64,000 nucleotides of DNA from Candidatus Latescibacterota bacterium. Its GTDB lineage: Bacteria > Latescibacterota > UBA2968 > UBA8231. The stretch lies in the NCBI GenBank assembly GCA_965223905.1, contig CBDCXV010000010.1, forward strand, positions 2,116,941 to 2,180,940. Reading direction: 5' to 3'. The position numbers and the translations under genes were made by a program. The notes under the pieces were generated by a model. That model searched no databases, had not been told where the DNA came from, and worked only from the letters and a program-made list of their open reading frames with translations. Position 1 is the stretch's first letter. The number at the start of each line of letters is the position of its first letter. This document shows positions 26,557 to 37,297 of the stretch, piece after piece.

Positions 26557-29500
26557 ATGAACCCTGATCGGGAATTGCATTCCGACCGTTCCGGAGAAAA
26601 GCCGGCTCGACCCGTCTCGAGGGAGACGCTGGAGCGCCGGTTCCGCCGTCCCCCATGTGAATACGGCCCCATCGACTGCTGGTGGTGGGAAGCGGGATCT
26701 CTCGACAAGGAGAGGATGCGGTGGCAGCTCGAGGAGATGAGCGAGAAAGGGATCGCCGGCACCTGGTTCTACCCCAGGTTCACGTCCGGGGAGCCGCTCG
26801 CGTCCGATCCCCCTTACTGGACGGAGGAATGGTGGGACTTCGTCCGGTTCTCCATGGAGGAGCACCGGCGGCTGGGCATGGCAGCCTGGCTGAACGACTG
26901 GACCGCGCGCCAGTTCTTTCAGGACCGGCTGCGCGCCGAACGCGAGGGGAATCCCTCCCTGGGTGGGCGCCGTCTCGCTCTTCACACGGAGGAATCGACC
27001 GCCCCAGGCTGGATCGAGATCGCCGTTACTCCCGGGGAGGAAGTGCTCGACGCGGCCGCTTACAGAATGGCCGGCGGGCGGTTGGACGGTGCCTCACGGG
27101 AAGACCTCGGTGATGCCATCAGGGATCACAGGCTCACATGGAAGGCAGAGGAGGGGGGGTGGCTCCTGGCGGTGGTCACCGCTCAGCCACACGATCTCGA
27201 CTACCTCCATCCCTTCACGTCGGACCGCTGGCTGGAACTCCTCGCGGGTACCTGCGAGGAGAAGCTGGGGGAGTTAGTCGGCACGACCCTGAAGGCCTGC
27301 GGAACGGACGAGGTGTTGGTCCTCAACGGCAACCTGTTGTACTCCCCGTCGCTGTTCGACCGGTTCAGGGCGGAAAAGGGGTACGATCCCGCCCCCTTCC
27401 TGGTCGGACTGTTCCGCGATATCGGTGCGACGACGGACAGGATCCGCTGCGACTACCACGAGGTAATGTCCGCCATGGTGGAGGAGAACCTGTATGCGCG
27501 CCTCTCCAGGGGGCTGCAGGAACGGGGAATGCTCTTCACCGAGTTCTGCCCGAACGGGAAGAGCGAGGACATGCTGGCCCAGACCTACCACTACGGCGAC
27601 TTCTTCCGCTACATGTCCAACTACACGATACCGGGAAACGAGGAGAACTCCGGCCGGACGCGGACCTTCCAGGCGAAGATGGCCAGCTCCATCGCCAATC
27701 TCTACGGGAGAAACCGGGTGGGAGTGTGCGCCTACTGGGGCTCGGGCTGGGGGCACACGACCGGCGAGAACCTCGCCTGGACCCATGAGAACTACGCCCT
27801 CGGCGTCAACCTGTACAACCGGCACGGCGTCCTCTACAACACCCTGGGTGGATGGTACGAGTGGGAACCGCCAGCCGTTCACTTCCGGCAACCCTACTGG
27901 CAGTACTGGAAGCAGTTTACCGACTACGTCACCAGGCTGAGCTTCATCCTGAGCCAGGGGACGCACCGGGCGGACGTCGCCCTGCTCTATCCCCTGACCA
28001 CGGTCCGGGCCCACTGTTCGGGGGGCCGTCCCTCCGTCGAGGGGACCCGGCGGAAGTTCGACGACCCGGGGGCCTTCGGAGCCGCCGCCCACGAGGCGGC
28101 GGGGGCGACCTACCGGGCAGCCAAACGGATTTACCGAAGCGGCATCGACCTCGACTTCATCGACGACCGCTCCCTTTGCCGCGGCGACGTGGGTAATGGA
28201 GAGCTGAACGTGGCCGGCATGGCGTTCCGCGCCGTGGTCCTGCCGCCGATGACGACGATTCAGACAGAGACCCTCGAGCGCATCGCGGCATTCCACGACA
28301 GCGGCGGGGTCGTGGTCGCCTTCGGGCGTCTGCCCCATGCCTCGCCGGAACGTGGACGCAACGACCCGCACATCCAGGCTTTGCTCGAGGGGATCTTCGG
28401 CGTGAAATCGAGCGACGGGGCAGCCGGTCCGCTGCAGCGGGAGAACGACAAGGGTGGAAAGGCCTTCTTCCTGCCGGACGGGGACGCGTCGATTCCGGAA
28501 ATCCTGTCAGGCTCCATAGTCCGGGACGTGCTGGTCCCGGAAGGGGAGGTCTTCCATACCCACCGGAAAATCGGGGACCTCGAGGTGTACTTCCTGTTCA
28601 ACGCAAGGGCGGAGAAGAGGAACCTCTCCGTGCACCTGAGAGCGTTCGGTGAACCGGAAATCTGGAACGCCTTCACCGGAGAGACCGCGCCCCACCACCG
28701 GTTCGAGATCCGGAAAGACGGCACGGAAGTGCGCCTGCAGATGGAGCCCCGCGGGGGGACGCTGCTGGTCCTCTGCCCGCCCCGGGGCAGGCCGCAGGTG
28801 CTCGAGGACGACCTGACCACGGTGACTTCGGTGGAATCCCGCGGGAAGAGCCTTCTCGTTCACGGGTTCTCCGCCACCGGGGGAAAGAAGAAGGTGCGCC
28901 TCCTCCACGAAGGGGGAGAATGCCTGGCTCATACGGAAGTCGACGAGCCGGAACCGCCGGTATCCCTGGACGGACCGTGGGACTTCCGCCTGGAGCCGAC
29001 CATGGACAACCGCTGGGGGGACTTCCGGTATCCGCCGTCGGCGGAGCTGATCGGGCCAGAAGCCCGGCGGTTCCGCTACATGGAAGAGGAGGAACAGACC
29101 GGCACCGGGCTGGGCTGGCACGAAGGGGGATTCGACGATTCCCGGTGGGAGCAGGTCACCTTTTCGTACGGCCCGTACTGGTGGACCATCGGTCCCTTCG
29201 AAGGGAGCGAACCGCGGGGAGTACTCGACAGGGCGCGAGCCGGAAGAATCGCCGCGGACGAACCATGCGAAGTGGAGGGGAGGAGTTTCCGCTGGCGGAA
29301 CTGCAGCTTCTCCCGGCAGTTCGGCCACGAGGGAAAGGAGGTGCACAATCCCGGCGGAGGAGGCCTGCGCGGCGTTTCCGAAGGATTCCTCGTGTTCGAT
29401 ACCGCCAGTGAGGACCGCGACGCCACGCGCTACCTCTTCACCAGCGTCCACTCTCCCCGCGAAGAGGAGTACATCCTGAACTTCGGCGGGACCGCGGAGT

Positions 29501-30387
29501 TTGCCAGGGAGGCCTGGATAAACGGCAAACCGGCTGTCTCGGTCTCTTCACTAGAGACGGAGGCGCAGGCCGCGGTTCGCCTGAAAGAGGGGTGGAATTC
29601 CGTTCTTCTTAGACTGGTTCAGCCCAAGGGGGAGGGGCTGGCGACCTTCGCAGTGCTGCACAAGCCAGGGGATGAACCCCCCTGCGATCCCTGCGTACCT
29701 CTGCTACGGTGGTTCGCGAAACCCCAGGAGCTCCTCTTCGACATCACGCCCGAAAAGGTGCGCCGCGTCGGGTGGTACCGGTTTTCCGCGCCCCCCGGGC
29801 TCGACTCCATGACCCTGAACCTGAAGGCCGAAGCGGTCACGGCATGGATGGACGGACAGCCTGTCGCAGTGAAGCAGGGCAGGATCGCCCTCGAAGCCCC
29901 GGGGGAAGAGACCTGCCGAATCGCCCTGAGGGTGGAGCAGGATCCCGGGCGCTACGCCGGAACCGCCTTCGAGTCGCCCGTGGCCTTCACGTGCACGCAG
30001 GGAAGGATCCCCCTCGGAGACTGGTGCGAGCACGGGCTCGCGACCTATTCGGGAGGGGCCGTGTACGGCAAGGGGGTGAAGCTGGAAAAGCGGCATTTGC
30101 GGGGGAAGGTCCTGCTGGATCTGGGGAGGGTGGCCACGACGGCGGAAGTGCACGTGAACGGGAAGCCGGCCGGAGTCAGAATGGCCAGGCCCTGGAGCTT
30201 CGACGTCACCAGCCTTGTCGTGGAGGGGGAGAACCGGATCGAGGTGAAGGTGGCGAACACGCTGGCGAACCACATGAGCACCTACCCGACCCGGTACGTG
30301 TACGAAGGACAGACCGTGTCCGGTCTTCTGGGGCCCGTGACGATCCAGTTCCTCGCGAAGGCCGCCGTTACTATTGAATGTGAATGA
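26557..30387 (+). CDS. Large glycoside hydrolase (GH106 alpha-L-rhamnosidase-like, with GH2-type sugar-binding C-terminus)
   Basis: F..PP.EYGP..WWW, YWTEEWW, KMASSIA.LYGR, QPYW.Y, RLSF.L.QG...ADVALLYP, LDLG.V...AEV.VNG, SGLLGPV. Confidence 0.8.
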   Translation: MNPDRELHSDRSGEKPARPVSRETLERRFRRPPCEYGPIDCWWWEAGSLDKERMRWQLEEMSEKGIAGTWFYPRFTSGEPLASDPPYWTEEWWDFVRFSMEEHRRLGMAAWLNDWTARQFFQDRLRAEREGNPSLGGRRLALHTEESTAPGWIEIAVTPGEEVLDAAAYRMAGGRLDGASREDLGDAIRDHRLTWKAEEGGWLLAVVTAQPHDLDYLHPFTSDRWLELLAGTCEEKLGELVGTTLKACGTDEVLVLNGNLLYSPSLFDRFRAEKGYDPAPFLVGLFRDIGATTDRIRCDYHEVMSAMVEENLYARLSRGLQERGMLFTEFCPNGKSEDMLAQTYHYGDFFRYMSNYTIPGNEENSGRTRTFQAKMASSIANLYGRNRVGVCAYWGSGWGHTTGENLAWTHENYALGVNLYNRHGVLYNTLGGWYEWEPPAVHFRQPYWQYWKQFTDYVTRLSFILSQGTHRADVALLYPLTTVRAHCSGGRPSVEGTRRKFDDPGAFGAAAHEAAGATYRAAKRIYRSGIDLDFIDDRSLCRGDVGNGELNVAGMAFRAVVLPPMTTIQTETLERIAAFHDSGGVVVAFGRLPHASPERGRNDPHIQALLEGIFGVKSSDGAAGPLQRENDKGGKAFFLPDGDASIPEILSGSIVRDVLVPEGEVFHTHRKIGDLEVYFLFNARAEKRNLSVHLRAFGEPEIWNAFTGETAPHHRFEIRKDGTEVRLQMEPRGGTLLVLCPPRGRPQVLEDDLTTVTSVESRGKSLLVHGFSATGGKKKVRLLHEGGECLAHTEVDEPEPPVSLDGPWDFRLEPTMDNRWGDFRYPPSAELIGPEARRFRYMEEEEQTGTGLGWHEGGFDDSRWEQVTFSYGPYWWTIGPFEGSEPRGVLDRARAGRIAADEPCEVEGRSFRWRNCSFSRQFGHEGKEVHNPGGGGLRGVSEGFLVFDTASEDRDATRYLFTSVHSPREEEYILNFGGTAEFAREAWINGKPAVSVSSLETEAQAAVRLKEGWNSVLLRLVQPKGEGLATFAVLHKPGDEPPCDPCVPLLRWFAKPQELLFDITPEKVRRVGWYRFSAPPGLDSMTLNLKAEAVTAWMDGQPVAVKQGRIALEAPGEETCRIALRVEQDPGRYAGTAFESPVAFTCTQGRIPLGDWCEHGLATYSGGAVYGKGVKLEKRHLRGKVLLDLGRVATTAEVHVNGKPAGVRMARPWSFDVTSLVVEGENRIEVKVANTLANHMSTYPTRYVYEGQTVSGLLGPVTIQFLAKAAVTIECE

Positions 30388-30439
30388 GGATGGTCAACCT
30401 GATTTCCCACAGCATTTCACCCAGCCGAAGGAGAAACCC

Positions 30440-31555
30440 GTGAAAATCACCGATGTGAAAGTCTTTGCAGTGGGGGAGTTCGTGTACGTCAAGATCGTCG
30501 CCGACGGGTTGTACGGCATCGGGGAAGCCTCGCTCAGCGGGAGGTCGCTGGCGGTGGTCGGCGCCCTGGAACACCTGAAGCCCGTGCTGGTGGGACAGGA
30601 CGCCACGCGGATCGAGCATATCTGGCAGGACATCTTCCGCGGCACCTTCTGGCGCGGGGGCCCGGTGCTGCAATCGGCGCTGGCCGGCGTCGACATTGCC
30701 CTCTGGGACCTGGCCGGCAAGGCGCTGGGGGTCCCGACCTACCGGCTGCTGGGGGGAGCCTCGCGCGACAAGGTCCTCCTCTACCGGCACTCCGGCGGCG
30801 GTTCCGCCGAAGAACTGGTCCGGCACGCCCGCAGGCTGATCGACGAGGGCTGGCGCGTCCTGCGGATCTCCCCGATCCGCTGCGACGGCGCCTTCGATCC
30901 CAAGGCCGCGGTGCGGCGCGGCATCGAACATTTCGAGGCTCTGCGCGCCGCCATCGGCGACGAGCTTGAGATCATCCTCGAAGTGCACACCCGCCTATCG
31001 CCGCCGCGCGCCATCGAGCTGTGCAACGGCCTCGAAGCCTTCCACCCGTTCTACGTCGAGGACCCGATCCGCTCGGAGAATCCCGCCTCCTTCAGGACGC
31101 TGCGCGAACACACCAGCGTCCCCCTCGGCACCGGCGAGCAGCTGCCGACGAAATGGGCGTTCCGCGAACTGATCGAGGAAGAGTTGGTCGACTACCTGAG
31201 AGTGGACATCTGCCACACCGGCGGCATCACCGAAGGGAGGAAGATCGCGGCGATGGGGGAAGTGCATTACCAGGAGCTCGCCTGCCACTACACCGCCAGC
31301 CCGGTGAGCACCGCGGCGATGCTGCACCTGAACATGGCCGTTCCCAACTGTGCGGTGCAGGAGTACTCGCCCCCCGCCCCCTGGATGAACGAGGTGATCG
31401 AGCACGATCTCCGGACCGAGGACGGGTTTCTGCTGCGTTCGGATGCTCCCGGGCTGGGGATCGATCTGAACGAGGAAGCGGCCGCGGCCTTTCCCCACTC
31501 CGGGAGCGAGCCGCCCCACCTGCGCCGGGAGGACGGCTCGGTGCAGGACTGGTAG
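30440..31555 (+). CDS. Mandelate racemase/enolase superfamily dehydratase (galactonate dehydratase-like)
   Basis: GTG start after GAAGGAG; GIGEA, DIALWDL.GK, EVH, EDP, GEQL, PGLGID, REDGSVQDW. Confidence 0.88.
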   Translation: MKITDVKVFAVGEFVYVKIVADGLYGIGEASLSGRSLAVVGALEHLKPVLVGQDATRIEHIWQDIFRGTFWRGGPVLQSALAGVDIALWDLAGKALGVPTYRLLGGASRDKVLLYRHSGGGSAEELVRHARRLIDEGWRVLRISPIRCDGAFDPKAAVRRGIEHFEALRAAIGDELEIILEVHTRLSPPRAIELCNGLEAFHPFYVEDPIRSENPASFRTLREHTSVPLGTGEQLPTKWAFRELIEEELVDYLRVDICHTGGITEGRKIAAMGEVHYQELACHYTASPVSTAAMLHLNMAVPNCAVQEYSPPAPWMNEVIEHDLRTEDGFLLRSDAPGLGIDLNEEAAAAFPHSGSEPPHLRREDGSVQDW

Positions 31556-31684
31556 TCCGGCTCAGGCGCCTTGCGCGCCGGGTGCCTCGGCGGCCGGGTT
31601 TTCCAGCCATTTACGGGACAGCACAACAGGACCCGCTGCGCCGGCGGCTCTCAGGGCGGCCGCCCGCCGGACAAACCTTCCGCC

Positions 31685-32530
31685 TCAGGCGGCGAAGTTC
31701 TTCTCATCGAAGTACAGGTTGTCGTCGATCGGTTTTCCGCGGGCGACCCATACGTCGCGGAACAAGGTGCGGCGCTTCGGCGGCATCGCGGCCACCACTT
31801 CAGGAGGCACGCTGCTCCGCCCCCATCTGCAGTTCACCGTGTTGTAGAGGCTGAACAGGCAGAGGCGGTCCCATTCCCTGTTGGTCCAGGTCGACCCGGA
31901 ATGGCAAATGCCCTCGGTGAAGACGACGACAGATCCCGGGGGGCAGGTGTAAGTCTCCCACAGGGGGCTGTCCCGGCCGCTGACCTCGTCCGGCAGCTCA
32001 AAGGCCGCCTTGTGGCTTCCCGAGATGAACAGGGTGACCCCGTCTCCAGGGCCCACCTCGTTCAGCTCCCACACCACGCGCGTGAGACCCGCGTGGATCT
32101 TCCCGGGCACCATCTGGTAGAGGTGGGAATCTCCACAGAGGTTGAAGTATCCGCTCCCTCCGTGGGCGTTGAAATTGTCGTTGCCGAAGGGCCTCCGTTC
32201 GGTGCGGGTGCGCTCGAAGCGGAAACCGTAGCAGTCCTCGCTGGCCAGCCCCTGATGCGACACGATCTCGTTGAGAACGCCGGCGAGAACGGGGTGATCG
32301 AGCAGGACCTGCGAGGGACCGCCCACGGAATTCCGCTCTTCCCGCGGCAGGGATTCCGGTTCGTCCATCAGCTTGTGCTGATGCTCGAGCACCGCTTCCA
32401 GCTCCTCCTCGCTCAACAGCCCCGGAAGGCAGATCCACCCCTTGACATCGAAGATGTACCTCTGTCCCTCGGTCATGGGAACGATCGGCAGGCCGTCTCC
32501 ATTCGTCGTCGGCAACAGCTGGCTATCCAT
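31685..32530 (-). CDS. Phytanoyl-CoA dioxygenase (PhyH)-like Fe/2OG oxygenase, HGG variant
   Basis: YIFDVKGW, AHGG, GSHKA, PGSVVVFTE..CH...W, R. Confidence 0.85.
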   Translation of the reverse strand: MDSQLLPTTNGDGLPIVPMTEGQRYIFDVKGWICLPGLLSEEELEAVLEHQHKLMDEPESLPREERNSVGGPSQVLLDHPVLAGVLNEIVSHQGLASEDCYGFRFERTRTERRPFGNDNFNAHGGSGYFNLCGDSHLYQMVPGKIHAGLTRVVWELNEVGPGDGVTLFISGSHKAAFELPDEVSGRDSPLWETYTCPPGSVVVFTEGICHSGSTWTNREWDRLCLFSLYNTVNCRWGRSSVPPEVVAAMPPKRRTLFRDVWVARGKPIDDNLYFDEKNFAA

Positions 32531-32692
32531 TCTCTTCCTTTCTCATGCGCGGCGATTCAAACCCCGGGTCCATGGCGGCGATGTCGAATGCTTCGTGCCG
32601 GAAACCCGGAGCCCGGGAGCTTCCCTGGACAGGTAGCAAATACGAGCAGCGGCTGTGGGGACGGGGATGCCCCAGCCTGGGATGGCCGTCGA

Positions 32693-33496
32693 TTACAACC
32701 CCTGGATCCACGCCGCATTCTCCGCCAACTCCCGCACGTCCCCGGGCCGGTTTACCTCGTACATGAAAACACCGCCATAGCCGGCGTCGGCGAGCGCCCG
32801 GTTCACTTCCTTCCAGGCGATGTTCCCGCGCCCAGGCAGCAGATGCTCATCCCGCTCGCCGTGGTTGTCGTGCAGGTGCAGTGTGATCAGATGGCGCCCG
32901 ACGGCGCGCAGGGCCGCGGCCGGATCGCCGCTGAGGTTGCGGTGGCCGGTGTCGATCACGGCGCCGACGTTCGGCGCACCGAGATCTTCCAGCAGGGCGA
33001 CGAGGCGCTGCGGATCGCCGGTGTAGCCGCGGGGGCCGGTGTTTTCCAGGGCCAGCCGCACGCCGGCCGGCGCGGCGTACTCGGCGACCTCCCCCAGGTT
33101 CTGCAGGAAAGCCGCGCGCTTCTCCAGGCCCAGCGCCTCGTCCGGCTCGGGAATGGCGATGTCGTGGGTCACCAGGATGCAGCCCCCGAGGTCGGCGGCC
33201 AGGTCCACCGCCTGCTTGTGATCCACGAGCGCCTTGCGGCGCTGAGCCGGATCGAGACTCGCCAGATCGCAGGCCGGATCGCGATGCTTCAGGTGGATGT
33301 GAATGGAGTTGAGGTGAAACCCCATGTCGGGAAGGGCCTGTTGCAGGAAGGCGCGGAACCCGGAGTCGGCGAAGGCGAAGTTGGGGTGGTAGTCGCACAG
33401 TTCCAGCGACTCGATGCCCGCCTCGCTGAACTTCGCCAGCACCTCATGGGTGAGAGGCTCGCTGCGGTAGGGTATGGTCGAAGCCCCGAGCTTCAC
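32693..33496 (-). CDS. Sugar phosphate isomerase/epimerase (xylose isomerase-like TIM barrel)
   Basis: LALEN, DTGH, HLHDNHG.RDEHLLPG.G, MYE. Confidence 0.88.
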   Translation of the reverse strand: MKLGASTIPYRSEPLTHEVLAKFSEAGIESLELCDYHPNFAFADSGFRAFLQQALPDMGFHLNSIHIHLKHRDPACDLASLDPAQRRKALVDHKQAVDLAADLGGCILVTHDIAIPEPDEALGLEKRAAFLQNLGEVAEYAAPAGVRLALENTGPRGYTGDPQRLVALLEDLGAPNVGAVIDTGHRNLSGDPAAALRAVGRHLITLHLHDNHGERDEHLLPGRGNIAWKEVNRALADAGYGGVFMYEVNRPGDVRELAENAAWIQGL

Positions 33497-33676
33497 GGCT
33501 TTTCACCTTCTTCCCACCCCCGGCGCTTCCGGTTGGCGCGCGGACGTGGGCGCGAATGCAAGCGATCCCGTCTGCCATGCGATGGACCGGGGAAGGCGAA
33601 ATGATATATCTTGCGAATCCCTTCAGCAACCGCTCCATCCTTTGGCGGATTCCTGATCCGAATTCGAGAAACAGAG

Positions 33677-35224
33677 ATGGCCCTGATCGATATCGGCTCC
33701 ACCAGGCAGCTCTTTGTCGACGACTACCTGATCGAAAGCATGACGAACACGCGGCAGATCATGAACCCCGCCGTGAAGGTGCCGCACAATCCCATCATCC
33801 GGGCCGAGCGTCCCTGGGAAGGGACGCATGTCGCCTTGAAAAACGTCATCTACGACCGGCGGGACCGGATCTTCCGGATGTGGTATACACCTCATCAGTA
33901 CATTGCCCGGCGTCTGGGGGATGAGATCGTGTTGGCGGACGAGTACGAGGGGCCGCGAAATGCCGCCTGTCTGGCGACCTCCGAGGATGGGATCCATTGG
34001 CAGCGGCCGGAGTTGGGGTTGGTCGATTTCAACGGATCGACACGGAACAACCTCCTGCCACCGCAGAGCTCCATGCCCGAACTCTTCCCTCCCGAATCGG
34101 GACCCGGGTTCTATTTCTTCGAAGATCCCCATGACAAGGACCCGGGCAAACGCTTCAAGGGATTGATCCGGACCTACGCTGCCTGGGCTGCCGATCCCGA
34201 CGGACGGGAAGCCGGCTCCGGTGGCACGGACGCGACAACGGCCGGGCAGAAGTTCCACCTCTATTTCTCGCCCGATGGATTCGAGTGGACTGCCTTCGAG
34301 GGCAACCCCGTCATCGACTATTCGCCGAAGCCGGGCCGCTGGGGGCCGACCAATTTCATGGGTTGGGATCCGGTCCGCCAGGTGTACGCCGTCCACATGG
34401 AGAACAACCTGCACTGGCGTGGTCCCCTCGGAAAAAGGGTGATCGGCCGAGCCGAAAGCCCGGACATGATCCATTGGAGCGAGGCGGAGACGATCCTCGT
34501 GCCCTGCGAGCGCGACTCCCCGGACACGGAGTACTACGCGCTGCCGGTCACCGTGTACGAAGGGCTGTACGTGGGAGTGCTCTGGAACTTCCGCACGACC
34601 AACCTGACCCATCACCCCCAGATCGTCTTCAGCAGGAACGGCATCCACTACAACCGGGAATACCGGGAGCCATTCATCGCCCGCGGACCCCGGAACGACT
34701 TCGACGCCAACTCCGTGTACGCGCGGGCCCCGCTCGTCCATGGCGACCGCATCCTCGTCTACTACTACGGCACCAACAGCCGCTCGCCGGAACAGGCGTT
34801 CGACCTTGGCGAGAAAGCGACCACGGCTATCGGACTGGCAACGCTTCCCCTCGATGGGTTCGTTTCGCTGGACGGTGCGAAGGGACCTGTCGACTACCGG
34901 CCGGCTCCGACCGACATCGAGCCGCACAGCCGGATGGTGACCCGTTCCTTCGGCTTTTCCGGGGAGCAGTTGTACCTCAACCTGCAAGCGCCCCCGCGCT
35001 TCAACAGCGCCGGACCATGTGAGGTGCGGGTGGAGATCCTGACTGCCAACCACGAACGCATTCCCGGATTCTCGGCCGCAGACGCCGATGCGCTGACGAC
35101 CACCGGCAGCGCCCACGCCGTCAGCTGGAACGGGAATTCGCAGGTCGGCCGGTTTCAGGGTCGAGCGATCCGGCTGCGGTTCTACTTCAAGAACGCCAAG
35201 CTTTACTCGTTCCAGTTCCGCTAG
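33677..35224 (+). CDS. GH-like five-bladed beta-propeller protein
   Basis: RQLFVDD, ERPWE, SEDGIHW.RP.LG, SPDGFEW, DGFVSL, LRFYFKNAKLYSFQFR. Confidence 0.75.
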   Translation: MALIDIGSTRQLFVDDYLIESMTNTRQIMNPAVKVPHNPIIRAERPWEGTHVALKNVIYDRRDRIFRMWYTPHQYIARRLGDEIVLADEYEGPRNAACLATSEDGIHWQRPELGLVDFNGSTRNNLLPPQSSMPELFPPESGPGFYFFEDPHDKDPGKRFKGLIRTYAAWAADPDGREAGSGGTDATTAGQKFHLYFSPDGFEWTAFEGNPVIDYSPKPGRWGPTNFMGWDPVRQVYAVHMENNLHWRGPLGKRVIGRAESPDMIHWSEAETILVPCERDSPDTEYYALPVTVYEGLYVGVLWNFRTTNLTHHPQIVFSRNGIHYNREYREPFIARGPRNDFDANSVYARAPLVHGDRILVYYYGTNSRSPEQAFDLGEKATTAIGLATLPLDGFVSLDGAKGPVDYRPAPTDIEPHSRMVTRSFGFSGEQLYLNLQAPPRFNSAGPCEVRVEILTANHERIPGFSAADADALTTTGSAHAVSWNGNSQVGRFQGRAIRLRFYFKNAKLYSFQFR

Positions 35225-35300
35225 CGGATTGCCTGCGCACCCTTGCCACGAGCATGCCGCCCACCACCACGCATGAGAGGATTTCCAGGAGATCGATCGC

Positions 35301-37286
35301 ATGACACGGAATCAGGCTGACGAACCAGGCGCAACGATGGCCGAGGCGGGTTCATCCTCGAGGCCGGGCACGGTCCCCGGGCTGGTCGAGGTCACGGCGA
35401 CCCGGGTATCGCCGCCCCCCGGGTGGGCGCTCCTCGAACGCCGGTTGATGAAGCTGATGGAGGAAGCCGTCGGCCCGATGGTCGACAAGTACGCGGAAAA
35501 GGGCGGAGCATTCTACTACGCCGACGACGTCGACGACCTGTACGAAAGGGTGTACAACTGGGGCCTGTTCTACGCCATGGGAGCGGACCGGAAGGTGCTC
35601 GACCTCGGATTGCAGCAGTGGCACGCAACCACGCGGTTCTTCGCCGACGACATCGTCAGCCGGGTCCACCCCCGATTCCAGCCCCAGATCCACAACGAGT
35701 ACTACAACCTGGCTTCCGCCGGCGCCAACGAGTGGTACCACCAGGGCGAGGGCAACATGGCCTTCTACCATTTCGGCCTGGCCGATCCCACCATCTCGGA
35801 AAACCTGCGCCGCGCCAGGCGGTTCGCGGCGATGTTCATGGACGAGGATCCCGAGGCGCCCAACTACGATCCCCGGCACAGGGTCTTCCGCAGCCCCATC
35901 CAGACCAGCGTCGGCCCCATGCGCCACGCCACGGTCGACAACGTGATAACGTGGCTGCAGGGAGGGGAAACCGGATACGAGAAGGGATACCGTCCCTACA
36001 AGGTGCGCGCCACCCTCGATCCGGTGGTGACCGACCTCGAGGGGAACTGGTTCGAGAATCCCGCGCGCCGGGAGGAGATCCTCAAGCTGTTCGACCACAT
36101 CGTCCTCAACGGCGACGTCCCCCACAGCCTCGGCGCCACCGGCCTCATCACCAACGCCTTCCTCTACACCGGCGAGGAGAAGTACAGGCAGTGGGTGCTC
36201 GACTACACCGAGGGGTGGATGGAGCGCATCGAGCGCAACGGCGGCATCCTGCCCGACAACGTCGGACCGACCGGCCAGATCGGCGAAAACCGCAACGGCC
36301 TGTGGTGGGGCGGGCTCTACGGCTGGAACACCTTCGTCGGCCACTACATCATGTTCAGCTCCCTCACCATCGCCGCCGAGTGCGCCCTCCTGCTCACCGG
36401 CGACTACGGCTATCTCGAGCTGCTGCGCTCGCAGATCCGGCTCCTCGTGGACAACGCCATCTTTCGCGAGGACGGCCAGCTCCTGTTGCCGGCCCGCTAC
36501 GGTCCGGATGGCTGGGAGTACGCGAGGGAAAATTACCATTACGAGAAGGGCAGGTTCGTCCCCTACCGCATGCAGGAGCTCGCCCATCTCTACCACGCCT
36601 CGATGGCCCGGGAGGATTACGACCTGATCGCGAGGATCCGGGACACCGACAAAATGCGCGACTGGAACCACGTGCCCGTTCTCGGCGAGAAGAGCTACGC
36701 CGACACCGAGCTGGCCCGCTTCCAGTACTACGACGGCAAGAACCCGGACTGGCCCGAGAAGATCCTGCAGGCCGAGTATCAGAACGCCCTGGCCGACTTC
36801 GAGTCGATACGGAACGAAACCCGGGATGCCGAGGCCTTGATCGCCGACAACGCATCTTCCCCCACTACGGTCTACACCAAGGGGTTGACGCAGGTGACGA
36901 TGGGGGCGCCGCAATCGATCTACACCGGAGGGCTGTTGCGCGCCACCGTCCGCTACTTCGATACGGACCGCACCCGGCCCGGCCTGCCGCCCGACGTCGC
37001 CGCCCTCGTCGACAAACTGGGAGCCGACAGCGCCGGCATTCAGCTCGTCAACCTGAATCCCGGCGAGACGCGCAACCTGATCGTGCAGGCCGGGGCTTTC
37101 GCCGAGCACGAGTTCCTCGAATTGACCTGTGACGGCCGGACCGTCCCGGTGGAATCGAAGTATTTCGCCGTGCAACTCCTTCCCGGCGCATCCGTCCGGG
37201 TCGACGTCGGCATGCGCCGCTTTGCCCACCGGCCGACCTATGCCTTCCCCTGGCACGGGGACTCGATCCCGGTGCCGTACCAGTAG
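35301..37286 (+). CDS. Conserved hypothetical protein (661 aa)
   Basis: Strong codon bias; DDVDDLYE, WYHQGEG, PDNVG, WWGGLYGW, PGLPPDVAALV motifs; function not recognised. Confidence 0.7.
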   Translation: MTRNQADEPGATMAEAGSSSRPGTVPGLVEVTATRVSPPPGWALLERRLMKLMEEAVGPMVDKYAEKGGAFYYADDVDDLYERVYNWGLFYAMGADRKVLDLGLQQWHATTRFFADDIVSRVHPRFQPQIHNEYYNLASAGANEWYHQGEGNMAFYHFGLADPTISENLRRARRFAAMFMDEDPEAPNYDPRHRVFRSPIQTSVGPMRHATVDNVITWLQGGETGYEKGYRPYKVRATLDPVVTDLEGNWFENPARREEILKLFDHIVLNGDVPHSLGATGLITNAFLYTGEEKYRQWVLDYTEGWMERIERNGGILPDNVGPTGQIGENRNGLWWGGLYGWNTFVGHYIMFSSLTIAAECALLLTGDYGYLELLRSQIRLLVDNAIFREDGQLLLPARYGPDGWEYARENYHYEKGRFVPYRMQELAHLYHASMAREDYDLIARIRDTDKMRDWNHVPVLGEKSYADTELARFQYYDGKNPDWPEKILQAEYQNALADFESIRNETRDAEALIADNASSPTTVYTKGLTQVTMGAPQSIYTGGLLRATVRYFDTDRTRPGLPPDVAALVDKLGADSAGIQLVNLNPGETRNLIVQAGAFAEHEFLELTCDGRTVPVESKYFAVQLLPGASVRVDVGMRRFAHRPTYAFPWHGDSIPVPYQ

Positions 37287-37297
37287 AAAGGGATACG

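Noticed and set aside
31571-33604. 677-aa plus-strand ORF
   Set aside because: Antisense to two clear minus-strand genes.
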